Assembly: GCA_030668825.1 (NCBI GenBank)
Contig: DAOVET010000083.1
Coordinates: 1 to 11,533 of the forward strand
Length of the DNA: 11,533 bases
Origin: Candidatus Heimdallarchaeota archaeon
Lineage (GTDB): Archaea > Asgardarchaeota > Heimdallarchaeia > Heimdallarchaeales > Heimdallarchaeaceae
Reading direction: 5' to 3'
Below the pieces are notes generated by a model. It had not been told where the DNA came from. It worked only from the letters and a program-made list of their open reading frames with translations, and ran no database searches. A program made the translations under genes and the position numbers. Shown piece after piece: positions 1 to 8,563 of this stretch; the stretch's first letter is position 1, and each line of letters opens with the position of its first letter.

Positions 1-271
1 ATCCTCCAAAATGAATTGAAGTCAGATAAACTACATTATCAGTTTGAATCATCTTCTTTGCTACTTCTCTCCCATAATCATCTATAACACAAATTCCTGG
101 AGTTTGCACCCAACACTTAAAGCAACCTAAACAAGGTTTTATTGCTTTTTCATGTAGTAGGATAGATTCTCCTTGAAGACCTTTATTATGAAGATCTCCA
201 GAAATTCGATTGTTAATATTTTGCAGAAAGGAATCGTTTTCATGCATTCCATTTAAAATCAAATAATTCAT
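1..271 (-). CDS. Iron-sulfur flavoprotein / NADPH-dependent FMN reductase (flavodoxin-like) family protein, 5' part only (runs off the left edge)
   Basis: Not in the ORF track. Hand translation from ATG at 271: MNYLILNGMHENDSFLQNINNRISGDLHNKGLQGESILLHEKAIKPCLGCFKCWVQTPGICVIDDYGREVAKKMIQTDNVVYLTSIHFGG, open to base 1. It has the N-terminal 'LILNG' strand, the compact Cx2Cx2Cx7C motif (IKPCLGCFKCW...PGICVIDD) and the 'D.VV..T.I.FG' segment typical of the Isf/FMN_red family. Confidence 0.88.
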   Translation of the reverse strand, partial: MNYLILNGMHENDSFLQNINNRISGDLHNKGLQGESILLHEKAIKPCLGCFKCWVQTPGICVIDDYGREVAKKMIQTDNVVYLTSIHFGG

Positions 272-293
272 GAATTACAAAATCAATGATTCA

Positions 294-301
294 TATTTAT
301 A
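294..301 (-). promoter_or_regulatory. Putative archaeal TATA box for the flavoprotein gene (leaderless-type spacing)
   Basis: The minus strand reads TATAAATA, ending 22 nt before the ATG at 271. This fits archaeal TATA-to-TSS spacing with transcription starting at or near the ATG. The AT-rich background lowers specificity. Confidence 0.5.
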
Positions 302-342
302 GGTATGTTAATCCAATGAGTGAAACTCTTTCACTAATAGCT

Positions 343-1062
343 TTATAGCTCATCATTTAATGATTTCATTTTCCCAATTGGACATACACTAACACATATT
401 CCACAAATAGTTTCTCCGACACTCTTCTCTTGTATGTCTAGATATTCTTTGCACTTATTAGCGTCGAGTAACTCCTTTCGCTTCATTCCAAAAATCCAAT
501 TTTTTCCCTTTATTGCTCCTACAGGACATGCTTGAACACAAGCATCGCAATCTTCACATTCACTGGTTCTTTGAGGTTCATCTACGTCAAGAGGAGCATT
601 TGTAAGAACTGTAGCGAATCTAACCCTCGATCCATACTCAGGTGAAATCAATAAAGCACTTCTTCCAATCCAACCTAAGCCACTCAGAATAGCAGCAGTT
701 TTATGAGGGAATATCGCAGCAAGTTTCTTCTGGTCATATCTCTTAGAAGCAGGAATGGGTAGGGCAACAAAACCCTTCTCTCTAATTCTTTCAGATAGAA
801 ATTCGGCTAAATAATCAAGTTCAGAATTTTTATCTCTGTAATGCTGAGCATACTCCTTTGTTGGACCTTCTGATATACTGTCGATTATTTCATCAGAAAG
901 CTGAACTCCTATGGATACAGCTCTGGGATACTTTTTCAGCTCTTTTCGAGACAATCCAAAAGTTTTCTTTAGATAGCTAGTATCTGCTATACCTGCAATA
1001 GCTGCTCCTCTGGTTTGCAAACATTGTTTTATTTCCTCAGATGTAATGAGCTCAGTAATCAT
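343..1062 (-). CDS. Epoxyqueuosine reductase (QueG)/reductive dehalogenase-like protein with two 4Fe-4S clusters (probable cobalamin-binding fold)
   Basis: HKTAAILSGLGWIGRSALLISPEYGSRVRFATVLTNAPL is the QueG/RdhA core signature. It is followed by CEDCDACVQACPVGAI (Cx2Cx2Cx3CP) and C...CGICVSVCP for the second cluster. Confidence 0.85.
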   Translation of the reverse strand: MITELITSEEIKQCLQTRGAAIAGIADTSYLKKTFGLSRKELKKYPRAVSIGVQLSDEIIDSISEGPTKEYAQHYRDKNSELDYLAEFLSERIREKGFVALPIPASKRYDQKKLAAIFPHKTAAILSGLGWIGRSALLISPEYGSRVRFATVLTNAPLDVDEPQRTSECEDCDACVQACPVGAIKGKNWIFGMKRKELLDANKCKEYLDIQEKSVGETICGICVSVCPIGKMKSLNDEL

Positions 1063-1202
1063 TCTGCTAAACCTAATCTTTAATTTTCAAACAATTTTGA
1101 TTTAACTGTTTTAAAAGCTATTTGTGAATTGAACTAAAATCTGAAAGCAGTAATCTTTGCCAATATATTCTCAATCTAAATGATCAAAGATATAGTGAAA
1201 AA

Positions 1203-2003
1203 TTAAGGGAAAAGGTATTTTTTTAATAACCTTTTTAGTTCTCCTCTGAAAGTATATGGTTCAGGATATGCAAGAAATGATTCTGGTATATCTTTTGCTA
1301 AATCCTCTGCAAACCATCTTCGAATGGACAGAGATAGTATGTTTTTTGGCAGAAACCTTCTAGTAAACATATCCCATATACCCATTATAGCGTCAGGTTC
1401 TTCTTTTTCCATAAGTAAAGGATAACTGAGTATTGACATACATCCAGAACCAGCAGGAGCTCTAAACACGTTGGGTATATGTCTAGAATAATTTGCAATA
1501 GTACTAAACTGAGCCATATTCTTAGGTTCAATGAAGAATAGAACATACTCTATTTTCTGTTCATCAGATATTTCTTTCAAACGCTTAAAAACTATGTATT
1601 TAGTATTCAGAGTAAGTTTTACTGGACCTGGATCTTTAAACAGTCGTGAAGCAACTTTTGTATCTTTTTTAAACCTTTCACCTCTACCACCAAAAATACC
1701 TTCTCTTCCTTTTGATAAAAAGAATGTTAATCCTTTAGGAGCTCTAGGGGAAAATCCCGACCACCACTGACCACCTACACAACCAAACCCTTTTTGCACT
1801 ATACTTGTTTTACCGAATTTCGCAGCTTTAAAAGCATGTTTTGTAATGCACATATTAATAATGCGACCTTGAATTCTAACTTTATTTTTTGGTTTTGTTT
1901 CTGAAAAATAAACACCAAGAGGGTGATATTTCAATTTCATATACTTCTTAAAAGTTTGAGCAATCTCGAAATTTGAAAGTATCTCATAATTATTCTTATT
2001 CAA
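1203..2003 (-). CDS. DUF169 (COG2043-like) family protein
   Basis: 266 aa with N-terminal 'LKYHPLGVYFS', spaced Cys motifs (MCITK, GCVGG, GSGC), 'VLFF..P', 'A.MG.WD...R' and a C-terminal 'SFL', as I recall for DUF169. The TTG start is preceded by GAGGAG 6 nt upstream. Confidence 0.75.
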   Translation of the reverse strand: MNKNNYEILSNFEIAQTFKKYMKLKYHPLGVYFSETKPKNKVRIQGRIINMCITKHAFKAAKFGKTSIVQKGFGCVGGQWWSGFSPRAPKGLTFFLSKGREGIFGGRGERFKKDTKVASRLFKDPGPVKLTLNTKYIVFKRLKEISDEQKIEYVLFFIEPKNMAQFSTIANYSRHIPNVFRAPAGSGCMSILSYPLLMEKEEPDAIMGIWDMFTRRFLPKNILSLSIRRWFAEDLAKDIPESFLAYPEPYTFRGELKRLLKKYLFP

Positions 2004-2159
2004 TAATAACTCCTCTTCGAATCTTTGTCATGTAATCATCAATAACATAATTAAGTTTCTTAATAAATAATATTATTTAAATTATGATTAGATTTTGTCA
2101 TACTGTCACATTTAACCATATGGGGAGAAAAAGTAAAAACAAAGAACAAAAGGTAAGAA

Positions 2160-3974
2160 TTATATTTTTAGAACAAAGAGTTTCTTGAGTGATGCAGGAT
2201 CAGTTCTACTATCTTCGAATAAATGAGAAGTAATTTGCTTCTTCATAGAGTTAATCGTTTTTTCTATATTTACATCTTTTATTCTGTATTGCACAGGAGC
2301 ATCTCTTCTTATTAATTCTCTCCATGCATCTAAATGGTTTTTAAGCAATTCTTGTTCTTCTAAAATCTGGGGAATTTGCTCACTCAATTCTTGTTCTTCT
2401 GCCAATTTCTGTGCCTTTATTAATAATTCATGAGCTTCTTCTGTTGCCATTTTTATTGAAGCTATCTTCGATTGTAAGATGTAAATTTCTATTAAGAGAT
2501 AAGAGAGTTTTTTTTCTTCAGCAATATCTAAGAGTCGATTCAAGTACTTGTTCAATTGATCTATTATCTTTATATCTCCAGATAATTGAAACTCCGTTAA
2601 TAATAAAACACATAAATTAAACAAACTAAATACTCTTATATGGAATTCAATTCCCTTGTCGTCTACTAGCTGTTCAAAAAGAACTTCTGCTTTTCCTCTT
2701 TCTCTTGGATCCGAGCTTTTCATAAGAAATGAAGCTTCAGAAAAGTGAAATCTGGGCTTAATGTCAGCGGTTGCTTGATGTTCTTCGTACAACTTTTTGA
2801 AAATTTTAAGATAAGATTCAGCTTGTAGGATATCATTTTTATCTAAGTATATCATAATAACAGAAGAAAGTATCCTAGCCTTGCTAAAAGGGCTTTTGTA
2901 AACTTCACTCAAGTCCAGACTTTTCTTGATATTTTCTAATGCTTTATCAATTTCGCCTAATCTGTAATATACATTTGCACTCATCATATAGGCAAGGCAT
3001 TGTAATGTTTTATTTCCTAATTTTTTCGCTATTTGTAAACCTTCCAGTATATGATCCAAAGCTTTTGCTGTTTTTCCAGTTTGAAAATATATATTACTTA
3101 AGAAAAGATTACCAAAAAAAGACCACCAATCACTCCCCTTTTCCTTCACATATGCCAAACCTTCAGAAGCTAATTTTTCTGCCTTTTCCCAATTGCCTAA
3201 TAAACAATGAATCCATGATTCATTGATTTTGTTTTCTCCCAAATATATGAACTCGAAATTCAGTTCTTTTGCTAAAGTAGAAGTTTTACAACTGTATTCT
3301 AGTGCAATACTATAATCTCCTTTTGTTATATACAATAATGACATCGATTCAAAAATGTCCATCTTTACAGGAAGGATTTTGATGTCTGCAAGTATTTTCA
3401 ATGCATAATTTCCATATTCTATACCTTTGTCAGCTTGACCTAACCAAAAGCAATTAATACATAGTTCTCTAAGAGCTTTACACACTTCTTCTTTTTCTTC
3501 AATGCTTTCAAATAATTTCAAACTCTGTTCAAGGTAGTTTAATGATTTTTCATACTCTTCATTTTTCCACAAAAATTCACTTTCCAAGTAAAATAAATAG
3601 CCAGTTAATTTTTTATAATCATAAGAATCAGTTTCTATTTCTTCATCAATTATTTTTTTAGCAATCTCAATTGTCTTATGATATTTATCAAAATCCTCAA
3701 GTTCAAGTAAAATTTCAGATTTTATCAATAAGATTTCTGCAATTTGACTTTTATTTTCAGACTTTTCAATTCGTTCTAGAAGGTTCTTGCACAATTCTAG
3801 TGATTCATTAAGTTGTTCTGTAATTGCTAAAATAACTATTTTAAGTTTTTCAGCTTCAAACCTCAAGTTATCATCTAATAATTCTTGTTTCAGAAATAGC
3901 CTTATTGAATCCAAAGCTTCTTTATACTTTCCAAGATTTTTCTTCTTTTTAATTTCCTCGAGGCTGATAGTCAT
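2160..3974 (-). CDS. Tetratricopeptide repeat (TPR) protein, all-helical, 604 aa
   Basis: Repeated ~40-aa helical units with TPR spacing: YEKSLNYLEQSLKL, GQADKGIEYGNYAL, GDYSIALEY, GNWEKAEKLASEGL, GKTAKALDHILEGL, YYRLGEIDKALENIKKSL. No catalytic domain recognised. Confidence 0.85.
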   Translation of the reverse strand: MTISLEEIKKKKNLGKYKEALDSIRLFLKQELLDDNLRFEAEKLKIVILAITEQLNESLELCKNLLERIEKSENKSQIAEILLIKSEILLELEDFDKYHKTIEIAKKIIDEEIETDSYDYKKLTGYLFYLESEFLWKNEEYEKSLNYLEQSLKLFESIEEKEEVCKALRELCINCFWLGQADKGIEYGNYALKILADIKILPVKMDIFESMSLLYITKGDYSIALEYSCKTSTLAKELNFEFIYLGENKINESWIHCLLGNWEKAEKLASEGLAYVKEKGSDWWSFFGNLFLSNIYFQTGKTAKALDHILEGLQIAKKLGNKTLQCLAYMMSANVYYRLGEIDKALENIKKSLDLSEVYKSPFSKARILSSVIMIYLDKNDILQAESYLKIFKKLYEEHQATADIKPRFHFSEASFLMKSSDPRERGKAEVLFEQLVDDKGIEFHIRVFSLFNLCVLLLTEFQLSGDIKIIDQLNKYLNRLLDIAEEKKLSYLLIEIYILQSKIASIKMATEEAHELLIKAQKLAEEQELSEQIPQILEEQELLKNHLDAWRELIRRDAPVQYRIKDVNIEKTINSMKKQITSHLFEDSRTDPASLKKLFVLKI

Positions 3975-4018
3975 AAATTAGTCACTAACTTTCAAACAAA
4001 TAACGTTTCACTTTACTA

Positions 4019-4032
4019 ATATTAAACTTTCG
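4019..4032 (-). promoter_or_regulatory. Putative BRE-TATA promoter for the TPR gene
   Basis: The minus strand reads CGAAAG-TTTAATAT, a purine-rich BRE directly followed by a TATA-like box, about 45 nt upstream of ATG 3974. Confidence 0.5.
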
Positions 4033-4137
4033 TAAAAACTGCTTTTTTAACTGCTTACTAACAGATCTATCAGTTTAACTTAACTACAATCCTTCAAAGT
4101 ATAATCTACTTGACCCTCTATAAACGCTAAAAATGTT

Positions 4138-4155
4138 CAAAAAGCTTATTATAAA
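4138..4155 (+). promoter_or_regulatory. Putative BRE-TATA promoter for the HD-domain gene
   Basis: CAAAAAG-CTTATTATAAA lies about 22 nt before the in-frame ATG at 4177. This favours ATG 4177 or 4204 over TTG 4168 as the start. Confidence 0.45.
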
Positions 4156-4176
4156 GATAAGAGAGAGTTGTTACTA

Positions 4177-5727
4177 ATGACCTTAATCAATGAGAAAGTT
4201 GTAATGGGTTTCTATCTGAAACTAATTGATAAGGATGAAATTAAATTCTTAGTTGGAAAGGAAAAAGAAAAAGAAGAAGTCAAAGAGAAAATCACTCTTT
4301 TAAAGAAGAGCGAAGAAATTCATGATAAAATACAAAGTGCAAAAGAGTTATGGAAAGTGCTATTCGAGGTTTCAATGGAATATATTGATCCCGATAAACA
4401 AGGATATGATGACCTTTTCAAATACTTTGATGAGTTTGTTAAATTTGAAGAACTCATTTTTGCTTCAGATTCCTTCTATAGAGATCATACTCTCCACTCT
4501 CTATGGGTTTATTTTCTAGGTGAATATCTACATAAGAAACCTGAATTCAGTTTTCTTTTCCAAAATCTTAACAGACATTTAAAAGTTTCAGCATTCATAA
4601 ATGAATATTATAAGGATTTAGAGGTACCAAACATCTTTGGAGAACTTAATTTTCTCCTTTCAAGAGTTGCTGAAGTTTTAGAGTATGAAGACTCTGTAAG
4701 ATGTGTAACAGCTTTAACTCATGACTTAGGTTATCCCCTGAAGAAAATTTCCAAAATAAATAAATCAATTAGAAATGTTCTTCCTTTTTTCTCAATCTCG
4801 AAATTTGGAGAATTTGATTTTCAATTTGAGAATGTTCAACAATTTTATATCGAAAATCTTCTAGAGATTCTTTCACTAAATATTAGCTTTGTTATTGAAA
4901 TCAGTGATTTTACTTTTGAAGAAAGACAAATTGTTCAGGAAATGATAGATAAGATAAATAAAATTTCAACCTATTTGTTCAATCTTCAAGAGCCTAGCGA
5001 AGAAGAGTTTCTGGAACTGAGATTGCTTCTGAGCCAAGCTACTGATAAGCAAGCAGATATTTTAAGAAGAATCTATACAATAAAAGGAGCTATGCAAAAG
5101 GATATGTCAGCAATTCTAAGATACTCTGATGATTTTGAGCATTATACTCATGGGATTATGAGTGCATATCTTTTGATGAAGACACTTAAAGCTTTTTCAA
5201 ATCTCCCAATTATTTATAGTAATCCTGATAATATCGAACTAGATGGTTTGAATATAGCGGCTGTTAATTCGAAAATGATTATCCTCAAAGCAATGACTGA
5301 CCATACTAGTCAAGGTTTTCAGATAAGAGACTTTACAAAAAATTCTGAGGTTTTAATTTTATTTGATGAAATAGAGGAATTTTCCAGAATATCTAGAGCT
5401 AATCAATATAGACAATATGTTAATGAATTCTGCAAAACTGATCTGAGCGTTGAAGATGGTGTCTTAAACATTGATTTCATTTTTGATGATGAAAACGTAG
5501 CAGATTTAGATCCTGAAATAACCTTCAGAGATAAATGCAAGAGGTTTACTACAGTTTTTGACATTAGAAATCTTGCTGACCATATAAAAATACGATTTAG
5601 AAGCATAGGTAAATTACCTCAAAATAAAAACACATACGAATTATTTATAGAAAGAGATAATGTAAAAATTTCAATAAATGGTGAAGAAAAAGAACTGACA
5701 GAATACTTGAAAACAAAAGAGATTTAA
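4177..5727 (+). CDS. HD-superfamily metal-dependent phosphohydrolase-like protein (start uncertain: 4168 TTG, 4177 ATG or 4204 ATG)
   Basis: Ordered HD-fold motifs: YRDHTLHSLWV (first His), ALTHDLGYP (HD doublet), HGIMSA, AMTDH and LILFDEIEEFSR (distal Asp). There is a long acidic helical insert between the HD and HG motifs and a beta-rich C-terminal region. Confidence 0.7.
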   Translation: MTLINEKVVMGFYLKLIDKDEIKFLVGKEKEKEEVKEKITLLKKSEEIHDKIQSAKELWKVLFEVSMEYIDPDKQGYDDLFKYFDEFVKFEELIFASDSFYRDHTLHSLWVYFLGEYLHKKPEFSFLFQNLNRHLKVSAFINEYYKDLEVPNIFGELNFLLSRVAEVLEYEDSVRCVTALTHDLGYPLKKISKINKSIRNVLPFFSISKFGEFDFQFENVQQFYIENLLEILSLNISFVIEISDFTFEERQIVQEMIDKINKISTYLFNLQEPSEEEFLELRLLLSQATDKQADILRRIYTIKGAMQKDMSAILRYSDDFEHYTHGIMSAYLLMKTLKAFSNLPIIYSNPDNIELDGLNIAAVNSKMIILKAMTDHTSQGFQIRDFTKNSEVLILFDEIEEFSRISRANQYRQYVNEFCKTDLSVEDGVLNIDFIFDDENVADLDPEITFRDKCKRFTTVFDIRNLADHIKIRFRSIGKLPQNKNTYELFIERDNVKISINGEEKELTEYLKTKEI

Positions 5728-5807
5728 AGTAATATAATGAATATCATAGGGAAAATACAATATTTTTCATCTAAGCTCAAGAAAAAAAGAGTAGAGAGGT
5801 TGAAACT

Positions 5808-6929
5808 ATGGAGAAACAAACAAGTTTTGATAATATCGAGGATATATATCGAATTATTTTCGAGAAGTTAAACGATAGTATAGTTGTATTTCTATTAGAT
5901 GAAAATAATGAGATGTTGAATTTTGTTTATTCGAATCCAGCATCAACAAAATGGACTGGATTTACAAAAGAAGAAATTCTAAACAGTAATCCTAAGCATC
6001 TTTTTGCTCCTCACTGTTTAGATGATGTAAGAAAGAACATTGATACTATAGTTAAGGAAGGATTTCTTACCCATGAAATGGAAATAACTCTCAGTGATGG
6101 TACATTCTTGCCCGTTGAACTTAGCTCCAGTCTTATAACAGTAGGAGATGAAAGGTTTATACTAACTAGTGGGAGAGAAATTGCTGGAAGAGTTGAAGCA
6201 CGTGAAGAGAAAGAAGAAAGAATGAAAGAAAAAACTCTACTTTTGGATATTCTTACTCACGACCTTCGTAATTATATTTCTGTTTTGTGGGGTTGTATTT
6301 CACAAACTCTTGATGAAGAAGATGTAACAATTGAAGAGATCAAAGCTTCTGTTTTAAGAGCAAAAGCTTCTCTAGCAAAAACAGATGCACTTCTAGATGA
6401 TATCTCAGTTCTGATGAAAAAAGATATTGAATTTACTTATGAGCTAAGACCAGTTAATATACTCAACAATATCCAAAAATGTCAATCAAATCTAGATGAT
6501 ATGTATCCATTAAAGGATATAAAAATCGATACAAATAAGGTTAATCCTAAGCAAAATGTTCTAGCTGATATGTTGTTTGAACAACTCATTTTCAATATCC
6601 TTTCAAATTCTGTAAAAAACACTCCAAGTCCAGCTGTTAGAATTGATATAAGTACAGAAGAAAAACAAGATGGAATGATCATCATTTCCATTGCTGATTT
6701 TGGAAAAGGCATTACTCAAGATAAAAGAAGAAAAATCTTTGAAAGATATGGTGAATTCCGCAAAAAAGATTCAGGTTCAGGTCTAGGTTTGTTCATTATC
6801 CAAACTTTAATTGAGAGATACAAAGGACAAGTATGGATTGAAAATACAATCAAAGGAGATTACACTAAGGGAACAACTTTCAAAATTGAACTAAGGAAAA
6901 CTGAAACTGAAATGTTTGAATTTGCCTGA
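5808..6929 (+). CDS. Soluble PAS-domain sensor histidine kinase
   Basis: PAS domain (VYSNPASTKWTGFTKEEILN...DGTFLPVELSSS...GREI), H-box THDLRN, N-box NILSNSVKN, G1 DFGKGI, F-box IFERY, G2 GSGLGL and GTTF. No TM segment. GAGAGG lies upstream of the ATG. Confidence 0.93.
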   Translation: MEKQTSFDNIEDIYRIIFEKLNDSIVVFLLDENNEMLNFVYSNPASTKWTGFTKEEILNSNPKHLFAPHCLDDVRKNIDTIVKEGFLTHEMEITLSDGTFLPVELSSSLITVGDERFILTSGREIAGRVEAREEKEERMKEKTLLLDILTHDLRNYISVLWGCISQTLDEEDVTIEEIKASVLRAKASLAKTDALLDDISVLMKKDIEFTYELRPVNILNNIQKCQSNLDDMYPLKDIKIDTNKVNPKQNVLADMLFEQLIFNILSNSVKNTPSPAVRIDISTEEKQDGMIIISIADFGKGITQDKRRKIFERYGEFRKKDSGSGLGLFIIQTLIERYKGQVWIENTIKGDYTKGTTFKIELRKTETEMFEFA

Positions 6930-6939
6930 TTTCAGTTTC
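6903..6939. terminator. Inverted repeat at the convergent kinase/MFS 3' junction (possible terminator or RNA hairpin)
   Basis: GAAACTGAAAT (6903-6913) and ATTTCAGTTTC (6929-6939) form a perfect 11-bp stem with a 15-nt loop, followed on + by T-rich TTAGTTTTT. The two genes converge with only a 17-nt gap. Confidence 0.4.
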
Positions 6940-6946
6940 TTAGTTT

Positions 6947-8473
6947 TTATTTCGTAGACTCAGGTTCATCTTTGTAGAGTTTCTGATAAGTAGCAGAGAT
7001 TTTTCCTTCTTTTCGCAATTGAGCAATATATTCTTGTTCTTTTTGTAAATGAATAGCATTTAGTTTCTTTTTCTTCTCAAACCAATTAGGACCATCTAGC
7101 CTATACCACTTTAGAGCTAAAGCACTAAGAATTAAAGAGATAGCTGGAATCAAAGTGAATCCTAGAACTATACCAAATTGAGTCTGAGAGGTTTGAGTTG
7201 CAATTTCATTATCAAATCCAAATGCGCTAATGATTGCAAGAAAGACAGCGTTAGCGATCGAAATTGCAGGTTTAGTTACTAAAGCATTCATTCCAGCGTA
7301 AGTAGTTTCTCTTCTCTTTCCTGTAAGAAGCTCGTCATTATCAATAACATCTCCCATCAATGGTCCATTAATAAGGGCAACAGGAGCAAAGCCCATTCCT
7401 AGAACAGCTAGTACTATCAAAGAAGGGATAGTGAATTTTCCAACAGCTAACAATAAAAGAAATACAACACTTGAAGAAATTAATCCAACAATATACACTT
7501 TCTTTAACCCATATTTCTTCACATAATGGTTTGCTAAAACTGAAAAACCAAAGACCATTACAAATACCAACACAAGGGGTAGAGAAGCCATTAATCCCGA
7601 AAAACCAAGAACATAAGGAACGAAATAATAGATTGCTCCAGTTAAGGTTGTGTAAGCTAGTATGTAAAAGAAGTTACTAACCTCAAAAACAAGAAACTCC
7701 CTATTCTTAACTGTTTCAACTATTGATTTAATGAAACCTAAAGGTTCTTCAGTTCTTGCATATTCATTCTCTACTAAAAAGAAACTAGCTACAAACATTA
7801 TTGTTCCAGCGACTATCCCCACTATTATCATCGCAGGTCTGAAGAAAGGATGAATTACACCTGGTTCACTGTCAAGTAAGATAAGTGGTATAACCATTGC
7901 TACAATCAAACCTAAAGCTCCAAGATATATTGAATAAACAGACAAATTCGATCTGCCTTGTTGAGTTAAAGTCATTTCTGCTGGGAGAGTGTATGTGATT
8001 AAACCAATCATAGTATAGAGAGAATCGACTAAAAACAAAACAAAGAGCATATTCCAAAATAATACCATTTGAGGAGCATTAGAAATAGAAGACCAGTCAG
8101 GAATGTTCCAGAATATAGCAGCATGTGAAGTACCAGAGAAAGGATACCAACAGAAAATGAACGTTAGAACATATATTGGTGCTCCATATCGTAAATAGGG
8201 GATTCTTCGACCGATTTTAGTATTTGTGCGTTCTTGGAGAATACCAAATAATGGATCATTTATTGCATTCCAAATAGCAAATACTAACCAAACTATTGCA
8301 ACAAGTTCTGCACTAAGACCTAATTTCACGTTATAGAAGAGAGTTAGAGCGCCACTTATTGCTAATCCACTTAACATTCCATTTGCAGAATTAGTAAATC
8401 CATAAGCAAATTTTGATTTTAGGGGTAATCGTTCATCAATAAATTTTGTTTCAGATTTATCATTCGGTTCCAT
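6947..8473 (-). CDS. MFS transporter, glycoside-pentoside-hexuronide (GPH / MelB / MFS_2) family
   Basis: About 12 hydrophobic helices with GPH signatures: K.AYG, 'IWNAINDPLFG...ERT.TKIGRR.PY', 'LPAEMT....R' and 'DVIDNDELLTGKRRETTY'. AAGGAG lies upstream of the start. Confidence 0.92.
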   Translation of the reverse strand: MEPNDKSETKFIDERLPLKSKFAYGFTNSANGMLSGLAISGALTLFYNVKLGLSAELVAIVWLVFAIWNAINDPLFGILQERTNTKIGRRIPYLRYGAPIYVLTFIFCWYPFSGTSHAAIFWNIPDWSSISNAPQMVLFWNMLFVLFLVDSLYTMIGLITYTLPAEMTLTQQGRSNLSVYSIYLGALGLIVAMVIPLILLDSEPGVIHPFFRPAMIIVGIVAGTIMFVASFFLVENEYARTEEPLGFIKSIVETVKNREFLVFEVSNFFYILAYTTLTGAIYYFVPYVLGFSGLMASLPLVLVFVMVFGFSVLANHYVKKYGLKKVYIVGLISSSVVFLLLLAVGKFTIPSLIVLAVLGMGFAPVALINGPLMGDVIDNDELLTGKRRETTYAGMNALVTKPAISIANAVFLAIISAFGFDNEIATQTSQTQFGIVLGFTLIPAISLILSALALKWYRLDGPNWFEKKKKLNAIHLQKEQEYIAQLRKEGKISATYQKLYKDEPESTK

Positions 8474-8563
8474 TAGAAAAAATGACTCCTTATTCTAAGT
8501 AAGTCGGTTAATAACTCTCAAAGAAATAAGTTAATCTTAAGCCTTTTTCCACTTTTGAAGAAT

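Noticed and set aside
343-1062. Assigning gene symbol queG or rdhA
   Set aside because: Only the shared fold motifs are present; the QueG-specific motifs and the RdhA Tat signal/RdhB partner are missing.
1531-1770. 79-aa + strand ORF
   Set aside because: Antisense shadow inside the DUF169 gene with no recognisable motif.
2094-2109. TGTCATACTGTCAC resembling a bacterial Pho box
   Set aside because: The repeat period is 8 nt, not the 11 nt of PhoB boxes, and the context looks archaeal.
2411-3981. Three + strand ORFs (2411-2620, 2939-3226, 3787-3981)
   Set aside because: Antisense to the well-supported TPR gene, with composition typical of shadow frames.
4037-4056. Direct repeat AACTGCTT x2 (12-nt period) in the divergent promoter region
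   Set aside because: Only two short copies. It could be a factor-binding site but is not distinguishable from chance.
4322-5606. ORFs 4322-4519 (+, alternate frame) and 5403-5606 (-)
   Set aside because: Both are nested in the HD-domain gene, short and without motifs.
6482-6712. 76-aa - strand ORF
   Set aside because: Antisense to the kinase ATPase domain.
7471-8057. ORFs 7471-7680 (+) and 7872-8057 (-, alternate frame)
   Set aside because: Both are nested in the MFS gene with no independent support.
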